IMG/VR virus record: IMGVR_UViG_3300045412_000368 | Length of the DNA stretch: 64,000 nucleotides | Direction: 5' to 3' (one strand) | Origin: an uncultured virus (IMG/VR IMGVR_UViG_3300045412_000368) | Lineage: Duplodnaviria; Heunggongvirae; Uroviricota; Caudoviricetes | Shown here: piece by piece, positions 46,154 through 55,633 of the stretch | Layout: every line of letters starts with the position of its first letter | Position numbering within the stretch: position 1 is the first letter of the stretch | Made by a program: the position numbers and the translations under genes | Notes under the pieces: generated by a model | The model's database searches: none | What the model was told of the DNA's origin: nothing | What the model saw: the letters and a program-made list of their open reading frames with translations, nothing else

Positions 46154-47245
46154 ATGTCAGAGATTCTAAGCCGTACCGTAGGCCCGCGTGGAGCTAAAAA
46201 AGCAATCCTTAAAAGCTTTTCTAAACAACGCCCTTTGTTTTTGTGGGGTCCCCCAGGTATTGGCAAGTCGGATATTGTTAAGCAAATTGGAGAAGAGATA
46301 GGTGCTCACGTTATAGATGTTCGACTTTCACTTTGGGAACCTACTGACATCAAAGGTATTCCCTACTTTGACTCCAATGAGAATAAAATGGTTTGGGCTC
46401 CTCCTATTGAATTGCCTGATGAAGAAATAGCCACTAAGTATGAGAAGATCATTCTGTTTATGGATGAAATGAATAGTGCTCCTCCTGCTGTACAAGCTGC
46501 GGCTTATCAACTTGTACTCAATCGCCGTGTAGGTACTTATGTACTTCCAAAAAACGTAGTATTAGTGGCTGCTGGTAACCGAGAAGGTGACAAGGGTGTA
46601 ACTTATCGTATGCCTGCTCCGTTGTCTAATCGTTTTATACATTTAGAGATGAAGGTAGATTGGGAGGACTATAGTTTTTGGGCTACAGAAAACCGTATCC
46701 ATAAGGATGTAGTTGGTTACTTGACCTTCTCAAAAAAAGATCTCTACGACTTCGATCCAAAGAGTGCAAGCCGTTCGTTTGCTACTCCACGTAGTTGGAC
46801 CTTTGTCAGCGAGTTACTTGAGGATGATGACTGTGAGGATAACACCTTAACTGACCTTATCTCAGGTGCAGTAGGTGAAGGTTTGGCTATAAAGTTTATG
46901 GCACATCGTAAAGTAGCCAGCATGATGCCTGACCCAACTGACATCCTTAGCGGTAAGGTTAAGAAGATGGAGTCTAAAGAGATCAGTGCTATGTACAGTT
47001 TGGCAGTAAGCCTATGCTATGAACTTAAGGATTCCTCAGACAAGAAATCTAAAAATTGGATCAAGCAGGTCAATAACTTCTTCAGATTCATTATGGAAAA
47101 CTTTGAAACCGAATTGGTTATTATGAGCACTAAACTTGCTCTTACCCAATATCAACTTCCATTGGATCCAGATGAGATTGATTGTTTTGATGAGTTCCAT
47201 GCAAAATTTGGTAAGTATATTAACGCTGCAACTGAGCGTAAATAA
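46154..47245 (+). CDS. MoxR/dynein-related AAA+ ATPase
   Basis: WGPPGIGKS, LFMDE, AAGN, NRF, TPRSW. Confidence 0.88.
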   Translation: MSEILSRTVGPRGAKKAILKSFSKQRPLFLWGPPGIGKSDIVKQIGEEIGAHVIDVRLSLWEPTDIKGIPYFDSNENKMVWAPPIELPDEEIATKYEKIILFMDEMNSAPPAVQAAAYQLVLNRRVGTYVLPKNVVLVAAGNREGDKGVTYRMPAPLSNRFIHLEMKVDWEDYSFWATENRIHKDVVGYLTFSKKDLYDFDPKSASRSFATPRSWTFVSELLEDDDCEDNTLTDLISGAVGEGLAIKFMAHRKVASMMPDPTDILSGKVKKMESKEISAMYSLAVSLCYELKDSSDKKSKNWIKQVNNFFRFIMENFETELVIMSTKLALTQYQLPLDPDEIDCFDEFHAKFGKYINAATERK

Positions 47246-47300
47246 ATTGATAGGGGCACAGACCCCTGTTATAACATATTTACTTTGCTAAGGAAATATT

Positions 47301-48491
47301 ATGCAACATGGTATGGATTCAGTAATTGATAAGATTATTATTGCCCGTGTTGGTTTACTATTACGTCATCCGTTTTTTGGTAACATGGCTACCCGTTTGA
47401 AAATTATTGATGCATCAAATTGGTGTCAAACTGCGGCCACTGATGGTCGTGCTCTGTACTATAATCGAGAGTTTTTTGAAAGTCTTACTACTAAAAATGT
47501 AGAGTTCGTAGTTGCTCATGAGATTCTCCATAACGTGTTTGATCACATGGGTCGTTGTGAAAGCCGTAATTCTCAAGTATATAATATTGCAGCAGACTAT
47601 TGTGTAAATGGTCAATTAATCCGTGACAAAATTGGCGACCAACCTCCTAAGATCCAAATCTTCCATGATCCTACTCATTATGGTAAGAGTGCGGAACAAA
47701 TCTATGATGAACTCATGGAAAAGTATGATGAGGAACAATTGAAGGCTCTTGGTAAATTATTGGATGAGCATATTGATTGGGGTGAAAAAGGTGAAGGTGA
47801 AGGTAAAGGTGATCGTCCACATTATACTAAAGATGAACTCAAACAGATTCGTGATGAAATCCGTGAGGCTACTATGCAGGCTGCCAACGCAGCAGGTTCA
47901 GGCAATACTCCCGCTAGTGTGGCTAGATTAATTAAAGACCTTACTGAATCAAAGATCAATTGGAGACAAATGTTACGTCAACAGATCCAAAGTTTAGTAA
48001 AGAATGATTACAGTTTTCAACGTCCTAATCGTAAGAGTTGGCATACTGGTGCTATACTTCCTGGTCTTAAAAACGATGAAACCATTGATATTTGTGTTGG
48101 TATGGATATGAGTGGTAGTGTTACTAATAATATGGCCAAAGACTTCCTCAGCGAGATCAAAGGAATTATGGATGAGTACAAGGACTTCAAGATCAAAGTA
48201 TGGTGTTTTGATACTAAAGTGTACAATGAAGCAGACTTTGATAGTTACAATGATGACATTATGAGCTATGAACTAAAAGGCGGAGGAGGTACTGACTTTG
48301 AGATTAATTATAGCTATATGAGGGAAATGGATATTAATCCTAAGAAGTTCATTATGTTTACTGATGGATATCCTCATGGATCATGGGGTGACGAAGTATA
48401 TTGCGATACCTTGTTTATTTTACACGGTACCACTAGCATTGTTCCACCGTTTGGTACGTATGCTTATTATGAAGAAGAGGCACGTGGTTAG
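47301..48491 (+). CDS. DUF2201-type metallopeptidase-like plus VWA domain protein
   Basis: TAATDG, HEILH, DMSGS (MIDAS), GGGGTDF, FTDG. Confidence 0.85.
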   Translation: MQHGMDSVIDKIIIARVGLLLRHPFFGNMATRLKIIDASNWCQTAATDGRALYYNREFFESLTTKNVEFVVAHEILHNVFDHMGRCESRNSQVYNIAADYCVNGQLIRDKIGDQPPKIQIFHDPTHYGKSAEQIYDELMEKYDEEQLKALGKLLDEHIDWGEKGEGEGKGDRPHYTKDELKQIRDEIREATMQAANAAGSGNTPASVARLIKDLTESKINWRQMLRQQIQSLVKNDYSFQRPNRKSWHTGAILPGLKNDETIDICVGMDMSGSVTNNMAKDFLSEIKGIMDEYKDFKIKVWCFDTKVYNEADFDSYNDDIMSYELKGGGGTDFEINYSYMREMDINPKKFIMFTDGYPHGSWGDEVYCDTLFILHGTTSIVPPFGTYAYYEEEARG

Positions 48492-48760
48492 TGGCTCTTA
48501 AGTATGGCAAGCCAAATCCTTTAAACTTATTAGAGTTACGTCGAGTACGGTTTCCAGCTAGGCATTTTCATTATACCCTTGTAAACACTAATCGCAGTAT
48601 AGGTGTTAACGATTGGATATATCAAAATCTAAATGGTAGATATTATGTTGGTCAAACAATTATATTAGACAGTACTAACACGATTTCATACGCCACTAAA
48701 ATTGGGTTTGAAGAAGAAAAAGAATTAAGCTTTTTTTTACTTAGTTATTCAGATTTATAG
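48491..48760 (+). CDS. Hypothetical protein
   Basis: Coupled GTG ORF. Confidence 0.65.
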   Translation: MALKYGKPNPLNLLELRRVRFPARHFHYTLVNTNRSIGVNDWIYQNLNGRYYVGQTIILDSTNTISYATKIGFEEEKELSFFLLSYSDL

Positions 48761-48810
48761 ATTGTATTCCTTATCTAAGATATATAATACTACTTAATAA
48801 AGGAGACAAC

Positions 48811-49041
48811 ATGGCCCCAACAACTAAAACAATTCCAGAAAAAAATGTAACACCAGCACCTGAAGTATCTCAAGATGACTTAAATATTAATGATCTTAAT
48901 GCATTAAGACAAATTATTGAAGTCACTAATAGTCGTGGTTCATTCAAAGCTAGTGAAATGGAGGCAGTTGGTAAAGTTTATAACAAGTTAGCACGATTTT
49001 TAGATTCATCGTCTGCAACCAAAGGACAAGAAAATGAATGA
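48811..49041 (+). CDS. Hypothetical protein
   Basis: SD AAGGAG; SRGSFKASEMEAVGKVYNKL. Confidence 0.7.
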   Translation: MAPTTKTIPEKNVTPAPEVSQDDLNINDLNALRQIIEVTNSRGSFKASEMEAVGKVYNKLARFLDSSSATKGQENE

Positions 49042-49630
49042 CCTTAAACACGTAGGAAGATTTTCATCCAATGGAAGAAAATGTTTGGTAGCATATAGAA
49101 CACTTCCTGGAGAGTCAGATCATTGTTTAGTTATTCAAACTGAGTCCTTAGATGACAGCTATCATGATGCACTGATTAATTTGGTTGAGTCAACGGCAGC
49201 TCAAAATAGTCATGAGTTCGCAGAAATATTAGCAAGAAGTACATTCCCTGATGGCAGTGTAATGTTAGCGACCTTACACAAAAGTGGTAAACTAATTAAA
49301 ATGCCTACAGATCAAATCGAAATGATTCCTAATTTTCAAACACGTATTAAGTTAGACGAACTGAATTATATAATTGCTCAACAATTAGGAGTAAGTGTAA
49401 ACGATTTGGCTTTAACAGACCCTAAAAAAATAAGACCACAAGAATCAGAAGTTGAAGTTAGAGAGGTAGCTACAGTAAATGAAATGCCTGCTACGTCTGT
49501 TGAATTCGATGATAACTTAACTGTAGACCAAAAAGCCACCAAATTAAGAGGACAAGCAGATAAACTTAGTAAAGAAGCTGCTAGGCTTAGAAGATTAGCT
49601 GAAGATCTAGTACCTATGAAAAAAAAATGA
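49034..49630 (+). CDS. Hypothetical protein
   Basis: Coupled 198-aa ORF. Confidence 0.7.
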   Translation: MNDLKHVGRFSSNGRKCLVAYRTLPGESDHCLVIQTESLDDSYHDALINLVESTAAQNSHEFAEILARSTFPDGSVMLATLHKSGKLIKMPTDQIEMIPNFQTRIKLDELNYIIAQQLGVSVNDLALTDPKKIRPQESEVEVREVATVNEMPATSVEFDDNLTVDQKATKLRGQADKLSKEAARLRRLAEDLVPMKKK

Positions 49631-49944
49631 CGGTTAAAAAATTGAATCAAGAAGTAATTGAAAGTTGGCCAGAAATATTTGAAGAAATAAACCTCAAAGT
49701 TGTACCAATTCAATATCTTTGCAGTGTGCAAGTAAAATTTAAGGACAATAGAATTTGGACTATAGATGTAGGACCAAAACTTAGAGATGAAGTTTATCAA
49801 ACAATTGAAGAAAACATACAAGAGTTGATTAAAAATTATAAAAGCCATATTGAAAGTATTGATTTTAAATTAGATACTGATAAAATTAAACATGATATTA
49901 CTAGAGAAACAAATAAATTTTTACGTAAACAAAGGCTCACATGA
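49627..49944 (+). CDS. Hypothetical protein
   Basis: Coupled ORF. Confidence 0.65.
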   Translation: MTVKKLNQEVIESWPEIFEEINLKVVPIQYLCSVQVKFKDNRIWTIDVGPKLRDEVYQTIEENIQELIKNYKSHIESIDFKLDTDKIKHDITRETNKFLRKQRLT

Positions 49945-50621
49945 ATGTTAAACTTGTCTCCTACTCTCAACCCACTTCAGAATTTAGATCTCACGGTATC
50001 GAGAATGCGCAGGACCTTATTGCTTTCTGCGCCCGTGTCTCCAATCCAAGCAATCAACTCAACACGGAAACAAGCGAACGACTCATCAGATACTTGGTTA
50101 AGCACCAACACTGGAGTCCACTCGAAATGGTTAGCGTCTGCGTCGAAATCACAACCACAAGAGACATCGCCCGTCAAATACTTAGACACAGAAGTTTTAG
50201 TTTCCAAGAGTTCAGCCAGCGATATGCTGACCCTACTAAGGATCTCTTGTTCGTACTTAGAGAAGCCCGCTTGCAGGACACCAAAAATAGACAAAACAGT
50301 ATTGAACTCGATACTACCATTGAACATAGTGTACTCAGAGAACAGTGGATTGAACAACAAGAAGAAGTCATTAAGGCCGCTAGAAAAGCTTACACTTGGG
50401 CTATCAATAACGGCATAGCTAAAGAACAGGCTCGTGCTGTATTGCCTGAAGGCATTATGGAAAGTAAATTATATATGAATGGAACCTTACGTAGTTGGAT
50501 ACACTATATTGAACTACGCAGTGCAAATGGTACGCAACTTGAACATCAAAATATAGCTAAAATTTGTGCTCAAGTAATTTCTGATATATTTCCATTAGTG
50601 ACCAAATTTTCTTCCAATTAA
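49941..50621 (+). CDS. thyX: Flavin-dependent thymidylate synthase
   Basis: HWSPLE, RHRSFSFQEFSQRY, EQARAVLP. Confidence 0.95.
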   Translation: MNVKLVSYSQPTSEFRSHGIENAQDLIAFCARVSNPSNQLNTETSERLIRYLVKHQHWSPLEMVSVCVEITTTRDIARQILRHRSFSFQEFSQRYADPTKDLLFVLREARLQDTKNRQNSIELDTTIEHSVLREQWIEQQEEVIKAARKAYTWAINNGIAKEQARAVLPEGIMESKLYMNGTLRSWIHYIELRSANGTQLEHQNIAKICAQVISDIFPLVTKFSSN

Positions 50622-51143
50622 CATATACCTACTAAAAGTTTTATCAGGGTAACTGAAAAAACGCTCACCCTCATAAAAGTTTATCATTTTATATTTTTGC
50701 TTCAATTGGTCTATACTAAAACAATAATCATGTTCTTCACTGTCATCATGAATTTGATCTGTACTCTGAATTACTATTAATTGATCATGTATTTTTTCAA
50801 ACCATTTTTTATCTAATATATGCTCAGCACTTGTGTTTATAATAACATTGAACTCATTTAAATCAATATCATTAGCATCTGCTGTGATTGCCTTAAACAT
50901 CCAATTATTACATACCCAAGTATTATTAATTAAGTCTGCTATATTTTCTACTTTGGGGTCAATATCAAACGATCTTATTTTTTGTATATTATTACCTCTT
51001 ATAAATAGTAAAAAACTGATAAGCCCATACCATCCACCAAGTATAGCAACATAAGCTGGATTTGGCAATAGTTTTTCTAACTCCTCACATAGCCAAATTT
51101 TACTCTTAATTTGCCCGTGACTAAACGCAGTGTAGTCAATCAT
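50595..51143 (-). CDS. SAM-dependent methyltransferase-like protein
   Basis: ILGGWYG, SFDID, INTSAEH. Confidence 0.65.
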   Translation of the reverse strand: MIDYTAFSHGQIKSKIWLCEELEKLLPNPAYVAILGGWYGLISFLLFIRGNNIQKIRSFDIDPKVENIADLINNTWVCNNWMFKAITADANDIDLNEFNVIINTSAEHILDKKWFEKIHDQLIVIQSTDQIHDDSEEHDYCFSIDQLKQKYKMINFYEGERFFSYPDKTFSRYMLIGRKFGH

Positions 51144-51904
51144 TGTTTACGTTCAATATCTTCTTCAATACATTCTCTTCCATATTGGATTTCAACAATT
51201 TTGATAGGAATGTCTCCTTCATTAACTAATTGATGCCACTCTTCATAATCAATAAATATGCTGTCAAATTGTTTATAAGGTCCCATACGTATAATTTCAT
51301 TATTAATATTAAGCGTATTTATATACCCCTCACCCTCCATAAAAAACCAAAATTCTTTGCGATCAAAGTGACGTTGAAGGCTTAATTTACTATGTGGATC
51401 ACACACTAACTCTTTGACTTTAGTTTTAGGACCATTTTCATAAACTACTTTGTAATATCCCCAAGTTTTATCTGTTCGTGGGGCTGCCCAATTTTGCAAT
51501 ATCCAACTGCTAGAATTTAGTTTATTATTACCTCCTACTCCAAATTGGAATTCTAAATACGGATCATTCAAACGCATTTCAGGAATGTTATCCCTAGTTC
51601 TATCTCCACCATTAGCAAAAATAATGTAAGCACTTGGAAACATCTGTCTAACTTTTACAATAGCATCACAACTGCTATCATCGTCATCATTAAAGTCTAA
51701 TGTATAATAAACATCTTTAAGATTACGTATAATCTCTACTCGTTCATTATATGGTAAAAAAGGTCTACCTTTTTTACGGTTTAACCAAGCGTCACTATTA
51801 ACACCAACTATTAATTTGTCCCCTAATTTTTTGGCTGCATTAAAATATGCTATATGTCCGCTATGTAGTGGATCATAGCCTCCCGTACAAAGTACAATTT
51901 TCAT
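51140..51904 (-). CDS. Cytidylyltransferase fused to a mannose-6-P-isomerase-type cupin
   Basis: TGGYDPLHSGH, GVNSD, ANGGDR; WG-x-Y...LSLQRH...E-x-W...EIQYG...EEDIER. Confidence 0.85.
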   Translation of the reverse strand: MKIVLCTGGYDPLHSGHIAYFNAAKKLGDKLIVGVNSDAWLNRKKGRPFLPYNERVEIIRNLKDVYYTLDFNDDDDSSCDAIVKVRQMFPSAYIIFANGGDRTRDNIPEMRLNDPYLEFQFGVGGNNKLNSSSWILQNWAAPRTDKTWGYYKVVYENGPKTKVKELVCDPHSKLSLQRHFDRKEFWFFMEGEGYINTLNINNEIIRMGPYKQFDSIFIDYEEWHQLVNEGDIPIKIVEIQYGRECIEEDIERKQ

Positions 51905-51955
51905 TTTTAATAATTCTTCCTTTGGTTAAAACACACATTATTAATATTAATTTAG

Positions 51956-52414
51956 TCACAATGATGCATCCTCCATTCCCGCAGTGCGTAACTTAATTAC
52001 ATTACTTAATTGCCACTGCTTAATGTCTAATGCCTTTGTGATTCCTAACCATTTATTACGTAAGAGGGCAAATTCGTTTATAATTTTTTCCATATCAACT
52101 ATATCATCTTCACCCTCTACGTAACGTTCACAATCTCTACTACTTAGTGCTCTTTGATAACTTTCAAGATATTTCTTAAAATGTTGACTTTTAAGCTTGC
52201 GAAACTCAATATTTAAATACTCTAATATAGCTTCTATTTCCTGTAATTGTCCAAATCTATGTTCTACAATACCAGGCATACTTGCTGCTGCTTTTTCAAT
52301 ATTTCCTATTATGCGAGCATCTTTTCGTGCGCCCTCTAATTCATCAGTATAATAATCAATAGCATCAGATAATAAGGAAATATCCTTACTAATTTTAGAG
52401 TACCACATAATCAA
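51956..52414 (-). CDS. uvsY: Recombination mediator UvsY-like
   Basis: Helical ~150 aa next to uvsX/ssb; K-x-W-x-L-x-N-x2-KLR-x-AG C-terminus. Confidence 0.75.
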   Translation of the reverse strand: MIMWYSKISKDISLLSDAIDYYTDELEGARKDARIIGNIEKAAASMPGIVEHRFGQLQEIEAILEYLNIEFRKLKSQHFKKYLESYQRALSSRDCERYVEGEDDIVDMEKIINEFALLRNKWLGITKALDIKQWQLSNVIKLRTAGMEDASL

Positions 52415-52650
52415 TAATAGTCTTCTTCGTCATCATCTTCTTCATAATCTTCTTCGTCATCGTCTTTTAAATAATATTCAATAGCTGCATCAAGATCTGG
52501 ATCTACGCCTAAAGCACCTTGTATTACTTTATCCTTAATACCAAAGTCTGCTAATAAATCTAGAAAAGATTCAGCTGCAATACTGACGTCTTCTTTACGC
52601 AAATATTCCTTAAAAAATAACCAAACTTCCCCAATTTGTGTATCATTCAT
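52411..52650 (-). CDS. Hypothetical acidic protein
   Basis: Coupled ORF with Asp/Glu tail. Confidence 0.7.
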   Translation of the reverse strand: MNDTQIGEVWLFFKEYLRKEDVSIAAESFLDLLADFGIKDKVIQGALGVDPDLDAAIEYYLKDDDEEDYEEDDDEEDYY

Positions 52651-53701
52651 GTTTTATAGCTTCCTCTAAAATGACTTCATCTTTGATTTTGATATTTGGA
52701 AAATCTTCCATTATCATATCTAATTTATCATTTTTCCATTCTTTTCTGTAATATAGATATTCTTGACCCTTACTATTAATAAACTTGAGTCTATTACCTT
52801 GTTGAGTTAAAATACCCTTAGATTCAAACAAATCTACTAATCCACTATAAGGATCCATGCCAGTTTCATATGGAATCTTAACTTGAATATTTTCAAAAGG
52901 TTTAGCATATCGAGTTTTCATAATCTTACAGGCACTACGAATACCTCTTACTTCACTTATCTTATTACCATCTTCATCTTCTTTTAACTTAAGTTTCTTC
53001 ATTGCAACTACAATGCTTGACGCATAGATAAAACCTTGGCCACCACTGATTTTGTCATCTGGGTCAAACATGTCTTGACTTGCATATGTATGATTAGTGG
53101 CCACAAGTCCTACATTATGACTACCAAACATATTCACGCAGTTACGAACCAGTGATGTTAAGGCCTTAGGCTTACGACCCATATCACCTTTCATATTACC
53201 TGCCTCAAACTGATCTACATCAGTAGGAGTAAGTAACATACCCAAACTATCAATAACGAACAATACTTTAGGCTTAGTATCTTCTGGCATAGCCTTATAT
53301 TCTTTCATAAACTCGCTGATAGTTTTAGCAACATCATCAATCATTGCCATATTAAGTTTAAGAAGTTTTGCTTCATCTATATTTACACCCAATGCTTCAA
53401 GCCACGATTTGTCAAGTGCGTTTTCACTGTCAATTAGTACAACGAAAATTCCCTGTTGTTGAGCATTTTTAATTAGGTTTCCACTACAGATATAACTCTT
53501 ACCTGCACCACTTTCACCAGCAAATACAGTCACTTTACCTAAGGGCACACCTTTTTTAAAATCACTACTAATTAAATAGTTTAGGGCATAATTGCCAGTA
53601 CTGACCCAGTCTGTAGGATCATTAAAGCCTACCCCAAGTCCATCAATGCTCTTTGTTAATGTTTTACGAAATTTACTTAAATCGAATGCCTTTATAGTCA
53701 C
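52643..53701 (-). CDS. uvsX: RecA-like recombinase
   Basis: GESGAGKS, IDSE, VIDSLG, NHTY, SGG. Confidence 0.92.
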   Translation of the reverse strand: MTIKAFDLSKFRKTLTKSIDGLGVGFNDPTDWVSTGNYALNYLISSDFKKGVPLGKVTVFAGESGAGKSYICSGNLIKNAQQQGIFVVLIDSENALDKSWLEALGVNIDEAKLLKLNMAMIDDVAKTISEFMKEYKAMPEDTKPKVLFVIDSLGMLLTPTDVDQFEAGNMKGDMGRKPKALTSLVRNCVNMFGSHNVGLVATNHTYASQDMFDPDDKISGGQGFIYASSIVVAMKKLKLKEDEDGNKISEVRGIRSACKIMKTRYAKPFENIQVKIPYETGMDPYSGLVDLFESKGILTQQGNRLKFINSKGQEYLYYRKEWKNDKLDMIMEDFPNIKIKDEVILEEAIKHE

Positions 53702-53706
53702 ACTAA

Positions 53707-53742
53707 TCTCCCAATAGGAGACTCGAGCTTGGTGCTCGAGTC
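53707..53742 (-). promoter_or_regulatory. Intergenic stem-loops between ssb and uvsX
   Basis: 9-bp perfect stem GACTCGAGC/GCTCGAGTC (53720-53742); 5-bp stem over the uvsX SD (53707-53721). Confidence 0.55.
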
Positions 53743-53748
53743 ATATTA

Positions 53749-54723
53749 TTATTGCTTATTACGATTACGAATTACTGATAAAATATCTTTAGCACGACTT
53801 TCTGTACTCTTTAATCCATCAGTCTTTGGAGCCGAACTTGTTGACTTTGTTACAGCTCCTGGAGATTCCATCGTATCATCATAATCCTCAATAACTGGTT
53901 CAATACTACGATTAGTTGCAATTGGATCTCCAGTACGAGTATTTGCTCCACTTGGTTTGTAATACTGACCCCAACGATTCATATCATATGCTTCTCCATC
54001 TACACTGGCTTCAAACATTTCTTTGATAACTTTGATTTCAACTTCAGTAGGTTTTTTGGGAAGAAAATCTTTAAGATTAAACAAACCATGCTGCTTTAAT
54101 TCTCCCTGTTCCTGAGCACTCAATGGACGACTACGACGACTCCACTTGCTAGTACCATAATCCGCATAACCACCTTTACTTGATTTGATAATTTTAAAGT
54201 CTACACCGTTTACTGTATCAGTTGGTAGATCTTCTATCTCTGAATCCATCAAAGCACCCTTAATAAGAGTAAAGATTTGAGGACCAATAATGAATCTGCG
54301 TATGGGATTTTCTGGTAGTTGATCTTCTTTCAAGCCATCATCCACTACAAAGCCTTGGAACAAGTAACTACGCTTTTTCCAATATTTGCGACCCATTGCT
54401 TCAAGTTTGGGATCCTTAAACCAAGGACGTATTTCATTTAAAATTGAGCACGACTCGCCGTACATTTCCATACAAGGAACTTGCACATTTACTTTTTTGT
54501 TGTCTGTGTCACCTTTGATACCAGCGAATTCAAGTTTAATAATAGCACGTTCTACCCAAAAGAAAGTATTTGATTGGTCGCCATCTGGTAGGAATCTCAC
54601 TGTGCTTTCGCCGCTTTCTTTTAAATTCCAGAAGGGATAAATGCTGAGGTCTCCGCCTCCTGTTGATCCGCCTTTAAGTTCTTGCTCTTTAAGTTTTGCC
54701 CTAATTTCTGCCAAAGTTGCCAT
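53749..54723 (-). CDS. Single-stranded DNA-binding protein (gp32-like)
   Basis: VRFLP, YWKKRSY, DF-x-I-x-K-x3-GGYADY-x2-SKW. Confidence 0.88.
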   Translation of the reverse strand: MATLAEIRAKLKEQELKGGSTGGGDLSIYPFWNLKESGESTVRFLPDGDQSNTFFWVERAIIKLEFAGIKGDTDNKKVNVQVPCMEMYGESCSILNEIRPWFKDPKLEAMGRKYWKKRSYLFQGFVVDDGLKEDQLPENPIRRFIIGPQIFTLIKGALMDSEIEDLPTDTVNGVDFKIIKSSKGGYADYGTSKWSRRSRPLSAQEQGELKQHGLFNLKDFLPKKPTEVEIKVIKEMFEASVDGEAYDMNRWGQYYKPSGANTRTGDPIATNRSIEPVIEDYDDTMESPGAVTKSTSSAPKTDGLKSTESRAKDILSVIRNRNKQ

Positions 54724-54813
54724 AGTATTTCTCCTATATTTGCCTATGTTGTTTAAATTTGCCTATATGTCTGACTACCTGTCAAACAAAAAGCATACTA
54801 TAGTGTATGCGCC

Positions 54814-55633
54814 TTTATTTATTATATCAAGTAAAAAGGTAGATTAAATCTATCTAGATTCCACCATTACTATTCCTACAGCAATACTATCACCAAATCA
54901 CATAATCAATAGTTTAGTGCCTTCCGCTTGCTAAAACTATTTTGCAAATGTGTTCTAAACGTTCTATGTGTTCTAAAGCACGATATGGACTGGTGTCCAC
55001 TGCAACCACACCATGTCTATCCATACCAATTATATTATATTTTATACTTCCATCAACTGAATCATATCCTATGTTTTTAACACAGGCATCGGCCAGTTCT
55101 TGCGTGATAGGAGGAATCATTGGAATAGAAGGTCCCACTCTAGTGTATCTAGAAAGTTCTGGGAACTCTGATAGCAAACTAGGTAGATTTAATTCTCTGT
55201 ACAAAGCAGCTACTGTATAGGTAGGATGTAGATGTAAAATTACTCTTACATCTGTATTAATTTTAGTCTGCAATAAGAAATGCATAGGAAATTCACCACT
55301 AGGTTTTAAATTAGAACTTATATCCGTATAGTTTTCTTCAACAGGGACCCCCATATTCTGTAAACTTTTAGATATACTAATTTTCTTAAACTGCTCTGGT
55401 TGTAGCGTTTGTTTTCTTACACCACTAGGAGTAATATAAAAATGATCTCGATCATGATGTCGAATACTAACATTCCCATCACGACTAGTGATCCAGTTAC
55501 GGGCATAAGCTATGGCTAAGACTTGACAAATTGTTTCTAGCATTACAGTGATTCAAAATTATTGTATGTTTAATACTAAGTCAAACACACACTACAGATT
55601 TTATTTATTATCAAGTAAAAAGGTCAATTAAAT
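54814..55633. repeat. Imperfect ~35-bp direct repeats (54814-54849 and 55600-55633) flanking the aldolase gene
   Basis: TTTATTTATTA(TA)TCAAGTAAAAAGGT(AG/CA)ATTAAAT. Confidence 0.8.
54914..55543 (-). CDS. Class II aldolase/adducin family protein
   Basis: DGNVS, ITPSG, PSGE-x-PMH, HLHP, HG. Confidence 0.88.
   Translation of the reverse strand: MLETICQVLAIAYARNWITSRDGNVSIRHHDRDHFYITPSGVRKQTLQPEQFKKISISKSLQNMGVPVEENYTDISSNLKPSGEFPMHFLLQTKINTDVRVILHLHPTYTVAALYRELNLPSLLSEFPELSRYTRVGPSIPMIPPITQELADACVKNIGYDSVDGSIKYNIIGMDRHGVVAVDTSPYRALEHIERLEHICKIVLASGRH

Noticed and set aside
49945..50418. 157-aa +1-frame ORF and antisense ORFs inside thyX
   Set aside because: Ser/Leu/Pro-rich with no motif; explained by local codon bias
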